Translations under genes and position numbers: made by a program | Notes under the pieces: model-generated | What the model saw: the letters and a program-made list of their open reading frames with translations, nothing else | Told to the model about the DNA's origin: nothing | Databases searched by the model: none | Shown here: one piece after another, positions 8,784-19,222 of the stretch | Position numbering within the stretch: the first letter of the stretch is position 1 | How the letters are laid out: each line of letters opens with the position of its first letter | DNA from: a virus | Lineage: Duplodnaviria; Caudoviricetes | Virus record (IMG/VR): IMGVR_UViG_3300048575_000428 | Coordinates: 1-53,267 of that record | DNA length: 53,267 nucleotides | Strand: one strand, 5' to 3'

Positions 8784-10310
8784 TCAGCCGAGGTCGGTGA
8801 TCATCTCGGCGAGCGACTTGGTGATGGCCGTCTGGTAGGGCCGCGACGTCAGGCCCATCTTGCGGAACATCGGCACTTCCTGCGCCCGGTAGTCGACGTG
8901 GAAGATGCCCGAGCCGAGGTCGGAGACGTTGTTGAGATCAGGGTCGAAGCGGCAGACGAAGTCCGGGTAGATCTCGCCGCGCCCGGCCGCCGTCGAGCCG
9001 ATCTGCTTCATGGTGTCGATGACCGACTTGATCATCTGCGTCGTCAGCTTGTACTTGCCGAAGAAGTACCGGACGGTGCGGATCAAGGTCAGCTCGGTGA
9101 AGTCGCGCCCGCGCGCGGCGTGCATCTGCACCCAGGCGCTCGACGTGTCGGATACCTCGAAGCCGAGGAAGACGTAACCGCCGTCGCTGATGGCGAAGTC
9201 GTCGCCGGCTTCGCCGCGCACGATCGGGCCGATCTGGTTGGCGAGCAGCTGCTGGCCCTCGTAGGAGCCGTCGAGCAGGTGGAACGGAATGGCCCTGCCG
9301 ACGCCGACGATGCCATTGACCTGCCGGTTGCAGATCGGGCCAAACGGGCGGCCGTCGTTCTGGAAGTCGATGGCGACGTGCAGGCCGAGTGCGATGCCGA
9401 CGGGGTCGGCGGTGGCGATGGTGCCGTCCGACGCCATGACTTTCACGTTGGGCGACATGACCGCGATGCTGTCGTCGACCACCGTCTCGCGGAAGGCGAG
9501 GTCGCCGTCATAGCTGACGCCGGGCGCCGCGACATAGGCCTTCGCCTTGATGGCGTTGAGCACGGCCGGCAGCGCGGCGACGACGGCATTCGACGTCGTG
9601 TCGACGGCGATGGTCGCGGTCGGCAGCACCTTGCCGGCGTCCGTGCCGCCACCGGTGAAGGTCACCGTGACGCTGCCCGAGAGATCGGAACCGGGCGTGT
9701 CGAGCACCAGGTTCACCACCTTGCCGGCATCGGCGCCGGTGCCGAGGACGGCATGCGCGGTCGGTAGCACCTTGCCGGCGGCCGAGCCGCCACCGGTGAA
9801 ACCGACGGTGGGCGCGACCGTCATGTTGGAGCCGGCGGTGACGAGGGTCAGGTCCTTGGCATGGTTGACCGTCTGCGTCGTGTAGCCGGGCACGCCGATG
9901 AGGCGCGGATAGACGCCGACATCGGCGCCGGCGCGCTTGAAAGCGTGGATGCCGGTGCCGGCCGAGGCGTTGCCGATGATGTTGGCGATCGTCTCGGCGT
10001 CGTCGTCGCCCTCCTCCGTCGGCAGGAGCACGACGAGCGCCGCCATCTGGTAGTCGGCGAGCTGCGCGTTGATCAGGCTGAGGGTACGGCCGATGGCGCA
10101 GTCGGGCGAGATCAGCGCCGCGACCTTGTCCGTCGAGTTGAAGCGCTTGAGCTTGCCCAGCTCGAACGCGGCGTCGAAGTCGGCCTGGCTGGCCTTCGTC
10201 GCCTTTTCGATCGGGCCGGCGAGGCCGATGACGCTCATGGACGCGTTGGACGCCGCCCGCGGATCCGTGCTGCTGCGGTCGAGGCTGAAGCCGAGGTAGG
10301 CGGAGGTCAT
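8784..10310 (-). CDS. Contractile tail sheath protein (P2 FI-like)
   Basis: SVIGLAG, TGIHAF, PRLIGVPGYT motifs. Confidence 0.9.
   Translation of the reverse strand: MTSAYLGFSLDRSSTDPRAASNASMSVIGLAGPIEKATKASQADFDAAFELGKLKRFNSTDKVAALISPDCAIGRTLSLINAQLADYQMAALVVLLPTEEGDDDAETIANIIGNASAGTGIHAFKRAGADVGVYPRLIGVPGYTTQTVNHAKDLTLVTAGSNMTVAPTVGFTGGGSAAGKVLPTAHAVLGTGADAGKVVNLVLDTPGSDLSGSVTVTFTGGGTDAGKVLPTATIAVDTTSNAVVAALPAVLNAIKAKAYVAAPGVSYDGDLAFRETVVDDSIAVMSPNVKVMASDGTIATADPVGIALGLHVAIDFQNDGRPFGPICNRQVNGIVGVGRAIPFHLLDGSYEGQQLLANQIGPIVRGEAGDDFAISDGGYVFLGFEVSDTSSAWVQMHAARGRDFTELTLIRTVRYFFGKYKLTTQMIKSVIDTMKQIGSTAAGRGEIYPDFVCRFDPDLNNVSDLGSGIFHVDYRAQEVPMFRKMGLTSRPYQTAITKSLAEMITDLG
9616..9800. repeat. Internal 44-bp direct repeat in the sheath gene (FTGGGxxAGKVLPTA twice)
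   Basis: 9616-9659 vs 9757-9800, 41/44 identical, 141-nt period. Confidence 0.85.
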
Positions 10311-10330
10311 GGGCTAGGTCTCCTGAGACG

Positions 10331-10353
10331 AAAAAGCCCGCCGGGGGGCGGGC
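10331..10353 (-). terminator. Intrinsic terminator-like hairpin upstream of the sheath
   Basis: GCCCGCC-CCCC-GGCGGGC-TTTTT on the minus strand. Confidence 0.6.
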
Positions 10354-10379
10354 ATGTGAGCGGCGGATGGTGGGCGGGG

Positions 10380-10871
10380 TCAGTCCGGCCAGCCCGTTTC
10401 GATATCGATGGCCGCGAGCGCCGTGGCGTCGGCGGCGGCAAGCACGGCGTCCTTCAGGGTGCGGCGGCGCTGGACGACACGAGCGTACCAGTCGCCGACG
10501 GCGGCGGCGAGCACGAGGCCGTCGGCTGGCCCGGCGAGCGGCAGGCGGATGTTCTCGACCGTGATCCAGCCGAGGGCGTAGCTCTCCGGCCAGTCGATCG
10601 ACTGCGACGCGGCGGCGAGCGCCGTCGTCGCCATGGCGCCGAGATCGGCGCGACTGCCGTCGTCCACGGCGATGTGCAGCCCGCCACCGATGGGCGCGCC
10701 GGCGGCAAGCCGTGCGGCCGCGAGCGCGGTGATGGCGGCGACCGCCGCCGCCTGCAGATCCGCGAAGGATGGCGCGGGGGCCAGTTCGGCCTCTTCGTCC
10801 GGCGTCGCATCACGCTCGATGGTGGTGCGTTCGCCGCTGGCCGGATCAATCGCCGAAATGAGCAGCTTCAT
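10380..10871 (-). CDS. Tail fibre assembly or associated protein (DUF4376-like)
   Basis: After the fibre; WITVENIRLPL...LKDAVLAA...AIDIETGWP C-terminus. Confidence 0.7.
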   Translation of the reverse strand: MKLLISAIDPASGERTTIERDATPDEEAELAPAPSFADLQAAAVAAITALAAARLAAGAPIGGGLHIAVDDGSRADLGAMATTALAAASQSIDWPESYALGWITVENIRLPLAGPADGLVLAAAVGDWYARVVQRRRTLKDAVLAAADATALAAIDIETGWPD

Positions 10872-12166
10872 TTCCGCCCCCAGAGTGAGAAGTTGCCGGA
10901 GATCGTTCCGCTGCTCATCATCACGCGAAGGGCGTTGTGCGCTGCGGCGGTGTCATGACGCCCGGTGACGACGCCCATAAAGGTATCGGTGGTGACGGTG
11001 GAGCCCATCACACCGTCGACCGTCGTGCGCTTGGCGGCATCGTTGACGCGGTGGAAGTAAAAGGTACCGTGGCCCCTCTGCCCGGCAGCGCTTGCGTTGG
11101 TGACGGTACCGATCCCCGCGATGATGGCGCTCGATATGACGCCTGTCGATAGCGAGCTACCAGCCGCGGCCATGATTCGCGTGACATAACCAGAGGTCAG
11201 CCACGATGCTCCGTTGTCGGTGGACAACTGCACCACTAACGACACCGCTGAGGCGCCACTTGTGGCGGCTTCGATCACGTCGAGGCGCAGATCCGAGTAC
11301 GCGGACAGATCGGTGAAGCTGATCGACGCCGCTCCGGCCGGGTTCAGCTCGCCGATCAGCGACCAACCGTGATCGGCGAAGGCGATAGCGCCGTCGGCCT
11401 GCACCGTCGGCACCTGGCCTGCCGTGCCGGAGATCTTCGCCAACGTGCCGGGCGCCGAGCCGACGAGCATCGAGCCCTTGACCACCGCCAGCGCGGCCGC
11501 CAGCACTGCTTGCGGGTCATCCAGCGCCAGCGTGTTCGCCGCCGTGAACTTCAGAATCTTGTTCGCCGTAGCCGCGCCGGCGACACCCGCGAGCGAGGTG
11601 AGCACGGCGGCGAGCGGCTGCTTGCCGCCGAGCGCCGCCGTCATGGTCGCGGCGAAGTTGGCGTCGTTGCCGAGCGCGGCCGCCAGTTCGACGAGGGTAT
11701 CGAGCTGGCCCGGCGCGGCGCCGAGCATCGCGTCAAGCGCCGCCTTGACGAAGGCCGTGGTCGCGATCTGCGTCGTGTTGGTGCCGGAGGCCGCCGTCGG
11801 CGCCGTCCGCGTGCCCGTGAAATCCGGGCTGACCAGGATCGACGCCAGCGACCACGCGCCGGCGAGGAAGATCGGCACCTGCCCCGACGTCGGCGCCGCC
11901 AGCCCGCCGGTGTCGCTGAGGCCGGCGAGCGCGTGGGTGTGCGCCTGCGCCGCCTTGCCGTTGAGCGCCGATTGCAGGCCGGTGATATCAGCGATGGCGT
12001 GGCCGTGCACGGCGAGCGCGCGCAGGCCGATGGCGACGAGCGCCGCGGCCATATCGGCGTCGATCATTTCCATGGCGGTGATGAGCCGGGCGAATTCCTC
12101 GCCGCGCGTGTTGTCGACGTGCGGCTTCGGGTAGTTGCGCGTGTCCGTCCGGGCGTCGGTCACCAT
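10868..12166 (-). CDS. Tail fibre protein
   Basis: HGHAIADITGL, SPDFTGT..APTA...TQIATTAFV, LDTLVELAAALGNDANFAATM fibre motifs. Confidence 0.9.
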   Translation of the reverse strand: MVTDARTDTRNYPKPHVDNTRGEEFARLITAMEMIDADMAAALVAIGLRALAVHGHAIADITGLQSALNGKAAQAHTHALAGLSDTGGLAAPTSGQVPIFLAGAWSLASILVSPDFTGTRTAPTAASGTNTTQIATTAFVKAALDAMLGAAPGQLDTLVELAAALGNDANFAATMTAALGGKQPLAAVLTSLAGVAGAATANKILKFTAANTLALDDPQAVLAAALAVVKGSMLVGSAPGTLAKISGTAGQVPTVQADGAIAFADHGWSLIGELNPAGAASISFTDLSAYSDLRLDVIEAATSGASAVSLVVQLSTDNGASWLTSGYVTRIMAAAGSSLSTGVISSAIIAGIGTVTNASAAGQRGHGTFYFHRVNDAAKRTTVDGVMGSTVTTDTFMGVVTGRHDTAAAHNALRVMMSSGTISGNFSLWGRK

Positions 12167-12179
12167 GATCTCTCTCCGA

Positions 12180-15100
12180 TCACCAGGGGTAGCCGCGCAG
12201 CTGCGCGATCTGCGGCCGCGACAGCGGCGTGCCGGTCAGGGTCAGCTTCAGCCGGCCCTCGGTCGCCGTGATCTCGCCGCCCTCGAAGAGCGTCTCGACC
12301 CAGCCATTGCCGAGCGCCGTCGTGTCCGCCGGCGACATGGTCAGCCAGGTGTCGTCGGCCTTGTCGTGCGCCATGGTCAGCGACGAGCCCGACGGCAGGA
12401 AGGCCTCGACCAGCGCCTTGACCGTGACCGCGCTGCCGAGCGGCCAGACGCGGCTGACATAGGTGCCGGTCGTGCGCAGCCGGCCGGTCAGCACGGTGAC
12501 GCCCGGCCACAAGGTGGGCGCCACCTTGGCCGACCCGGCGAGCACGGCCCGGAGTGTCGCGGTCTCGGTGACGAAGCTCGAAAATTGCAGCGTCTGCCCG
12601 GCGGCGAGCGGCACCACCTCGCCCGAGGCGCGCACCAGCTCGAAGCGCGCCGTCGCCGCCTCGGTCGGCAGCTCGGCCGTGCCGCGCACCACCAGGTCGG
12701 AGATGGTGTCGAGGTCGATGGTGCCGAGCGTGACGGTGCGGCTCGTCGGGGCGAAATCGGCGACCACGACCTCGAAGGCGACGTCGGAATTCGGATCGAG
12801 CAGCCACGAACGACTGTTCGAGCCGGAGAACAGATCGCCGACGATGTAGGGCTGGGCGCCGACATTGGTCTGCCGGCCGGTGTCGGGGTCGACATAGACG
12901 TCGCCGAGGCGGGCGATCGAGATCGCATGCGCGGCGTCATCGGTCATCCAGACGAAGGCGTTGAAGCTGTTGGGCGACACGAACACCGGCGCGGCGAAAC
13001 GCGCCTCGATCTTGTCGCCGACGGCCACCGCGCTCATGTCGATGACGGCCTCGGCAAGGATCTCGGTCGTCGGATAGCCGTTGGCCGTCGCCACCATCTG
13101 GACGCGGACGACGCGGGTCGGATCGCCAAGCGCCGCGACCCAGAAGTTGACGCCGACGACATGGCGCGCCTCGTCGAGGGCGAAGGTCTGGGCGAGCGGG
13201 TCGCCGCTGTCGGAATGGCTGTCGGGCACGACGACACCGGCGGAGACTTCCCGGATTTCGGCGCGCGTCACCAGCGTGACGCGGCGCATGACGTCGACCT
13301 CGATCGTCGTCTGTCCGACGAAGATGGCGCTGGCGAAGCTGCCGGCCTGCCCTTCCGCCCGCACGCGGCGGGCGCCGGCCGGCACGTTGGCGGGAATCGT
13401 CAGCGTGCCTACGATCTGGCCGGCGCCGTTGGCGACGAGCGCCGGATCGGGCGTGATGTCGACGCCGTCGAAGGTCAGTTCCTCGAGGATCTCGCCGGCG
13501 CCGAAGCCGGTGATGGTATAGGCGACCTCGACCTCGGGCATGAAGGCGCCGATCTCGGTGCGCTCCGACACGACCTCGTTGATCACGGTCGTCGACAGCA
13601 CCTGGCCGGAACCGCCGAAATTCTGCGTCTCGCCCGATGTCCACACCGTCGCCTGCTCGGCGGCGAAATAGACCGGCGGCTCCAGCTTCAGCCCGCCCGC
13701 CATTCGCGTGAAGTTGGCGTAAGGGTTGATCTTCATGGCGCTGGTGCGCAGCGGCTGCAGCGACAGCACCGCCTCGGTCCAGGCAAGCGTGATCGGCTCG
13801 GCCACGAACTGCTGGACGCCGATCAGATCGACGGCGAGCTGCAGCGTGTTGCCGACGATCGCCGCCGTCTGCGCCTCGCCGGCATCGCGCAAGCCGTCAT
13901 CGGCGAAGTGGTCGATGAAGACGTTGCGGGCGCTGACGCGGTCGGGGACATTCGAGGCGAGGTTGGCGCGGCTGAACTGCTGCACCACCAGCTCCAGCTG
14001 GTTGATGCGGCGCCACAGCATGTCATACGTGACGCGCGTCGTGCCGTTGTTCTTGATCGCCGGCGTGCCGAGCCAGTCGTTGTCGATCTCGGCGAGCTTC
14101 AAGAGCGTCGTCGGCGCCGGCGGCGCGAGGCGGCCCTTGCGGGCGGCGATGCCGGGCACATAGCGGGTATTGCCGTCGCTATCGAGGCACAGGATGTCGG
14201 TGCGCGGGATCTTGGACTTGTAGCTGAGGCGGGCCGGCTGGCCGATGGTGCCTCCGGCGACGGTGACGGTGGTGTCGGTGATCGCCGAGGGCGTGACCGC
14301 GTCCTCGTAGCGATAGACGACGGTGTAGGTCGACGACGCGACCGGCTCGGCGCCGGCCGGCGCCCACGAGATGGCGTCGCCGGCGAGCACGAAGTCGGTG
14401 CTCGCGGTGTAGGTGGTCGCGCCCTGCGTCACCGACACGATGGCGCTGACCGAGGCATGCGCCAGCTCGTCGATGCCGCCGGCGATCGAACCGCGCGTCA
14501 CAGTCTCCGTCACCGTCTTGGTGACGACGGCGAGCTGCACCGAATGGATCGCGGGCCGGTTGGTCTCGATCACCATGGGGTTGGCGGTGACCGTGTGCGT
14601 CTCGGAGACGATGGTCTCCAAAGTCGGCGCCTCGGTCTCGACATGGCGCAGCGCGGCGTCGCGGGTGCGCTTCTGGCCCATGATGTTGGCGGTACCGGCC
14701 TCGACGGCGAAGATCTGCGCCGAGCCGAGCTTGCCGAGCGCCGTCACCTGACAGCCCTCGACGATGTAGTTGCCGTGGGCATGGCGGTCGTAGAGCGCGA
14801 TGGCGGCGTTGATGCCGCTGAGGCTGGGCGGCTCGGTCTGGTCGATGATGACGCCGTCGACGAGGCTGTAGACCGGGTAATAGTCGCCGGCGCCGTCATC
14901 GCCAGGCAGCGCCCAGGCGATCGTTTCGTCCTCGCGCGCCATGCCGGGCTCGCCCTCGGCGTAGCTGCCGGGCTCGTTGCCGAGGGCGGTGACGTCGTCG
15001 GGATAGTCGACGAGCACGGTGCGGAGCCGGATGCCGATCGTCGTCGAGCCGGTCATCGGCACGTCTTCCAGAACGGCGGCCGCGACCGGGCGCACATCGC

Positions 15101-15368
15101 CGCGCACATAGATCGAGCCGGCGTCGAGGCTGGCGGTACCGGCCTCGGTGTCGATCAGCACGCCGGCGCCGGCGACGCGATCACCATCGGCGGCGGTAAG
15201 ATTGCCGACGCGACGGCCGCGCCGCTCAAGGATGCGCTGCATCTCATTGAGGTTCATGCCGAGCACGAAGCGGCCTTCGGGCATGACCATGCGGCCGGCA
15301 TTGGGCAGGAGCCCGGCGGCGGCGCGGTCATAGGCCTTCGGCAGTCCGGACGGGTGCGCGTAGGGCAT
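12180..15368 (-). CDS. Large baseplate/structural protein (DUF4815-like)
   Basis: 1062 aa; LNEMQ N-terminal motif, DPLAQTF motif; between gpI-like gene and fibre. Confidence 0.8.
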   Translation of the reverse strand: MPYAHPSGLPKAYDRAAAGLLPNAGRMVMPEGRFVLGMNLNEMQRILERRGRRVGNLTAADGDRVAGAGVLIDTEAGTASLDAGSIYVRGDVRPVAAAVLEDVPMTGSTTIGIRLRTVLVDYPDDVTALGNEPGSYAEGEPGMAREDETIAWALPGDDGAGDYYPVYSLVDGVIIDQTEPPSLSGINAAIALYDRHAHGNYIVEGCQVTALGKLGSAQIFAVEAGTANIMGQKRTRDAALRHVETEAPTLETIVSETHTVTANPMVIETNRPAIHSVQLAVVTKTVTETVTRGSIAGGIDELAHASVSAIVSVTQGATTYTASTDFVLAGDAISWAPAGAEPVASSTYTVVYRYEDAVTPSAITDTTVTVAGGTIGQPARLSYKSKIPRTDILCLDSDGNTRYVPGIAARKGRLAPPAPTTLLKLAEIDNDWLGTPAIKNNGTTRVTYDMLWRRINQLELVVQQFSRANLASNVPDRVSARNVFIDHFADDGLRDAGEAQTAAIVGNTLQLAVDLIGVQQFVAEPITLAWTEAVLSLQPLRTSAMKINPYANFTRMAGGLKLEPPVYFAAEQATVWTSGETQNFGGSGQVLSTTVINEVVSERTEIGAFMPEVEVAYTITGFGAGEILEELTFDGVDITPDPALVANGAGQIVGTLTIPANVPAGARRVRAEGQAGSFASAIFVGQTTIEVDVMRRVTLVTRAEIREVSAGVVVPDSHSDSGDPLAQTFALDEARHVVGVNFWVAALGDPTRVVRVQMVATANGYPTTEILAEAVIDMSAVAVGDKIEARFAAPVFVSPNSFNAFVWMTDDAAHAISIARLGDVYVDPDTGRQTNVGAQPYIVGDLFSGSNSRSWLLDPNSDVAFEVVVADFAPTSRTVTLGTIDLDTISDLVVRGTAELPTEAATARFELVRASGEVVPLAAGQTLQFSSFVTETATLRAVLAGSAKVAPTLWPGVTVLTGRLRTTGTYVSRVWPLGSAVTVKALVEAFLPSGSSLTMAHDKADDTWLTMSPADTTALGNGWVETLFEGGEITATEGRLKLTLTGTPLSRPQIAQLRGYPW

Positions 15369-16495
15369 CAGAACCTCAACAGCATCAGGACGCGGTCGCG
15401 GACGGTGCGACCGAAGGGGATGGTGACGGCGCTGGCGGCGACCTCATGGCCACCACTCAGACCGGTCGGCCCAAGCCAGAGCGTGCCCGGACCGGCACCG
15501 CCCGACCGGGTGGCGCCGAAGACCAGCGACGCGGTGGCGGCGGTGGCGCCATCGCCATCGCCGAAATCGGTGCGGGCGTGCGCCAGGACCGCCGTCGGCG
15601 ACGACGTCGTGGCGGTCCATCGTCCGGCGCCGAAGCTGAACTCGCCGCTCGCCGACGGCGCGACCGGCAGGATGGTGGCGCGCCGATGGCCGATGATGGC
15701 GCCGCCGGAGGCGCGAAAGCGGACATAGACGGTTGCCGGAGACGTGGCGAAGGCGACGAGCGCGGCGGAGATCGCGGCGGCGCGCGCGGCCATGTCGACC
15801 GAGAACCACAGGGCGTCGTCGTCGACCCATAGGCCGGTATCGCCGAACCACAGGATGTCCTCGCCGTCGCCGGCCGGGATCCAGGTGCCAAGCGCCGTCA
15901 GCTCGGTCTCGTCGAGCGTGTGCTCGACCTGATGGCAGCGGCCGAACGACCATTTCGGGGCGATGCCGTCGAGAGTGACGCCGGAATGATCGCCGGCGAG
16001 CGTCTCAGACGCCCGGCCATAGCTCGCCTCGCAGGCGCGGACGTCGTAGCCGGAGAAGCCACGCGCGAAGCGGCTGCGCTCGCAGAGCGACAGCTGCACG
16101 GCGCCGGCGATGCGACCAAGGTCGGGATCCTCGACATCGCGAATGCGATCGAGGGCGAGCTGCAGCCGGTTCCAACGCCGGCGGCGTGTCGGCTCTTCCT
16201 CGAGGGTGGCGCTATAGCCGAGCCAGCCGAGCGCCTTGGCGACGGCGGCGGGCGTGCCGCGCACGCGCTGCCAGCGCACGCCGTCGTCGATGAGGTCGTA
16301 GAGGTTCGGGATGTAGGGCGACAGCTCGCCGAGGCCGTACTGCCAGACGAGATAGGGCAGCATCATGCCCGGCGGGTTCCAATCCGCCTCAACGATGGCT
16401 TCGAAGGCGGCGATCAGCCGGGCATGAGGGTCGATGACACGCGCCGCCGCCAGCTCACCCGGCGTCGGATGCGGCAGCAGCGGCACGAAGCTCAT
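15368..16495 (-). CDS. Baseplate wedge protein (P2 gpI-like)
   Basis: LPYLVWQYGL...RVRGTPAAVAKAL. Confidence 0.85.
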   Translation of the reverse strand: MSFVPLLPHPTPGELAAARVIDPHARLIAAFEAIVEADWNPPGMMLPYLVWQYGLGELSPYIPNLYDLIDDGVRWQRVRGTPAAVAKALGWLGYSATLEEEPTRRRRWNRLQLALDRIRDVEDPDLGRIAGAVQLSLCERSRFARGFSGYDVRACEASYGRASETLAGDHSGVTLDGIAPKWSFGRCHQVEHTLDETELTALGTWIPAGDGEDILWFGDTGLWVDDDALWFSVDMAARAAAISAALVAFATSPATVYVRFRASGGAIIGHRRATILPVAPSASGEFSFGAGRWTATTSSPTAVLAHARTDFGDGDGATAATASLVFGATRSGGAGPGTLWLGPTGLSGGHEVAASAVTIPFGRTVRDRVLMLLRF

Positions 16496-17358
16496 CAGAA
16501 GGCCCGCCCGGCGAAGCTGAGGGTGACGGTGCCGATCTGCGCCGCGCCGCGCGGCACCATGGAGACGTCGGCGGTCGGCGCGGTCAGGGTGACGCTGTGG
16601 ACACCGTCGGCCATCAGGCGCGCCCGGATCCAGTCGAGGGTGAGATCGCGGCCAAGGCCGGCGGCGTCGTTCCAGGCCGACTTGAGGCTCGCCGCGATGC
16701 TGTCGAGCACCGTCGTCGGCGTGTCCGGCAGAAGCTTCAGCGCCGCCGTCACCGTCACCACCTCGATGACGGCGCTCTCGACGATGATCGTGTCGTTGAC
16801 CATGCGAACGTCGGTGGCGTTCAACGCAGCCGCGACGGCGGCGAGCAGGTCGGCGTCGGCGATGCCGCCATCGGCGGCGAACACCGCGACGCGCACGGCC
16901 GGACTGGTCGTCTCGACGTAGACGATGGCGTCGCCGACATCGAGGGTCGTCGACAGCGCGACGAGGCGATAGCGCGCGGCGGTGCCGCCGGTCGACCGGC
17001 CCTGGCAGGCGAGGATGACGCGCACCTTCAGGCGATCATCCGTCTCACCGGCCATGCGGACGACGTCGTAGAACGCCGCCATATGATCGATGGCCGAACC
17101 GGTCGCGAAATAAAGGTAGCGGGCGAGCGCGATCTCGTTGCCGCGGGCGCGGAGCGCCAGTTCCTTGAACGCCGCCTCTTCCAGCAGCGCGACGACGGGC
17201 TCGACCTCCAGGTCGCCGGCGTCGAACGAGATATTGGCCGCAGCGAGCAGCGCCAGAAGATCGGATTTGCGGCCCGCCAGGATCGCCTCGAAATCGAGCT
17301 GCTCGACGATCTCGGGCGTGCCGAGGGCGCCGAGGTCGGTGAGCGTGATGCTGGTCAT
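16495..17358 (-). CDS. Baseplate assembly protein J
   Basis: LDFEAIL, ATGSAIDH, GETDDRL, STGG..ARY. Confidence 0.92.
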   Translation of the reverse strand: MTSITLTDLGALGTPEIVEQLDFEAILAGRKSDLLALLAAANISFDAGDLEVEPVVALLEEAAFKELALRARGNEIALARYLYFATGSAIDHMAAFYDVVRMAGETDDRLKVRVILACQGRSTGGTAARYRLVALSTTLDVGDAIVYVETTSPAVRVAVFAADGGIADADLLAAVAAALNATDVRMVNDTIIVESAVIEVVTVTAALKLLPDTPTTVLDSIAASLKSAWNDAAGLGRDLTLDWIRARLMADGVHSVTLTAPTADVSMVPRGAAQIGTVTLSFAGRAF

Positions 17359-17368
17359 GCCCCTGCCC

Positions 17369-17770
17369 TCAGCTCATCGTGCCGGCGATCGTGCCGGCGC
17401 CGCCGTCGAGCGCCAGCGACTTCGCCTGACCGCCCGTGAAATCGCCCTTGTGGCCGCGCGGATAATAGACGCCGTCGACCGTCCAGCCGGCGGCACCCGT
17501 CTCGTCGAGGCTGACGATGCCGATGCGCGTCGGCTTGAAGTTCGGCACGAACAGGAGCAGCGCCAGCGCCATCGCCCAGCGGGTGCGCTGCACGTTGCGG
17601 GCGTTGGCGAGGCGGCCGATCAGGCCTGGGATGCTGGAGCCGACATGCGGACGCATGACTCGGCTGAAGTAACCAGTGGTGAAAATCACCTCGACGCACT
17701 GCAGCACGTAGGGCCAGCCCGACAGCCGCTTCAGCGTGCGCCGGTCCATGCCGGAGACTTCATTCGGCAT
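17369..17770 (-). CDS. Baseplate protein W/gp25-like
   Basis: GMDRRT...IFTT..SRVMRP..GS. Confidence 0.85.
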   Translation of the reverse strand: MPNEVSGMDRRTLKRLSGWPYVLQCVEVIFTTGYFSRVMRPHVGSSIPGLIGRLANARNVQRTRWAMALALLLFVPNFKPTRIGIVSLDETGAAGWTVDGVYYPRGHKGDFTGGQAKSLALDGGAGTIAGTMS

Positions 17771-17779
17771 CGTTCGCCC

Positions 17780-18364
17780 TCAAAGCGGAATGCTGGAATT
17801 GCCGCCGCCGGGGACGACGCCGGTATGCCTGTGCGTGTCGCCGATGGACTTCGTGTTGTGCTTCAGCGTCGTGCCGGAGACCTGCACCAAGTCGCCGGTC
17901 AGCGTGATCTTGCCGTCCTCGATCGCGATGACCGTGTCGCCGCTGATGATTTTCAGCTTCGGCGTGGTGACGGTGATCTCGTCGCCCTTCGCGTCGATGT
18001 TCCAGTCGCCGAATGTCAGCACCGGATGATCGTCCGACCCCGGCGCCGGCGCCTGATCCGACCAGGTGAACGGCACAGCCACCGCCTGGCGCAGTTCGCC
18101 GGCGGGAGCGAAGATCGTCACCGACTGACCGACGGTCATCGGCGTGTGCGCCTTCAGCCCCTTGCCCGGCGCGGCGAACTGCGCGGCGGGCATCCAGCCC
18201 GACTTGAACGGCTCGGCGCCGGGCTCATCCAGCATCACGCGGACGCGATGCTTGGTGTTGTCGACGTCCGAGATCGTGCCTTGCCGGATCTGGCTGGAAA
18301 CGCGGTGCTCCAGCGCGTGCACGCGCTGCACCATGTCGACAATCAGCCGCACGAGGTCGGTCAT
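17780..18364 (-). CDS. Baseplate spike protein V
   Basis: OB-fold N-terminus (SGWMP...VGQSV), C-terminal HRHTGVVPGG; ATGA overlap at the start. Confidence 0.9.
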   Translation of the reverse strand: MTDLVRLIVDMVQRVHALEHRVSSQIRQGTISDVDNTKHRVRVMLDEPGAEPFKSGWMPAAQFAAPGKGLKAHTPMTVGQSVTIFAPAGELRQAVAVPFTWSDQAPAPGSDDHPVLTFGDWNIDAKGDEITVTTPKLKIISGDTVIAIEDGKITLTGDLVQVSGTTLKHNTKSIGDTHRHTGVVPGGGNSSIPL

Positions 18365-19212
18365 TCCGGGAACTCGGGCACGTCGCCACAGACGGCGATA
18401 CTGGCGGAGTCGATCCGATCGCCGGCGACGCTGACGGCGGTGAAGTCGGCCGCCTCGGCGTCGGGCATGACCAGCGGGTGCGGCGTGATGCCGAGCCCGA
18501 CGGCGGTTTCCGCAGCGATGCCGAGCCGTGCCGCGACCGAGCGCCACGAGCCGCCGAGCGGCGCGCGGATCGCCGCCTCGATGGCATCGGCGAGCTGCGG
18601 ATAGACCGCCATCTCCGGGTCGGTGCCGAGCACGGGATCGTCGGGGATGGCGCGCAGCGCGACGAGGAAGTCGCTCCACGGCGTGACGGCTAGGTCTGGG
18701 TCCAGCACGCTCTCGTCGGGCTCGGCAGGCGGCGCGATGTCGAGCACGATCTGACGCAGGGCGATGCGCTGTCCGTCGAGCACGCCTCGGATGGCCGCGG
18801 CGGAGACGAGCGGACCGTTGCGAAAGCGACGGAACAGGTCACCCCAGCCGTCCGCGGTGTCGAGCGCGCGGGCAATCTGGTGACCGAGAATGTCCAGCGA
18901 CCATTCGAGCGCGGGATCGGTCGCGGGAATGACGATCTCCCGGAAGGTCTCGCCCTCCTGGCCCGTGACCGTCATGGCCTGGCCGATCGCCGCCTCAATG
19001 ACAAGCGTCACCTTTTCCGCCGCCGTCATGAGGCCGGCGGGCTTCTGGCCCATGGCCTCGTCGACATAGAGCGTCAAGAACGCCTGTGGGTCATCGCCGG
19101 CGAGGTCGTCGACCGGGGCGATGGCACTCTCGTAAACGCGCGTGCCCGCCATCGTCTGCCGGTAGAGCGCCAGGAAGGCACAGACCCGGAGTGCGAGCGC
19201 GGCGAGGAACAT
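18361..19212 (-). CDS. Putative tail completion/terminator protein
   Basis: Between head closure and baseplate genes; AGTRVYES...LYVDE. Confidence 0.55.
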   Translation of the reverse strand: MFLAALALRVCAFLALYRQTMAGTRVYESAIAPVDDLAGDDPQAFLTLYVDEAMGQKPAGLMTAAEKVTLVIEAAIGQAMTVTGQEGETFREIVIPATDPALEWSLDILGHQIARALDTADGWGDLFRRFRNGPLVSAAAIRGVLDGQRIALRQIVLDIAPPAEPDESVLDPDLAVTPWSDFLVALRAIPDDPVLGTDPEMAVYPQLADAIEAAIRAPLGGSWRSVAARLGIAAETAVGLGITPHPLVMPDAEAADFTAVSVAGDRIDSASIAVCGDVPEFPE

Positions 19213-19222
19213 GGGCGGGCCT

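Noticed and set aside
10868-12166. DGR or invertible tail-fibre switching
   Set aside because: No reverse transcriptase, template repeat, invertase or flanking inverted repeats seen; the C-terminus looks merely mosaic
12135-15728. 1197-aa plus-strand ORF
   Set aside because: Antisense shadow of the baseplate genes caused by high-GC codon bias; Arg/Gly/His-rich with no motifs
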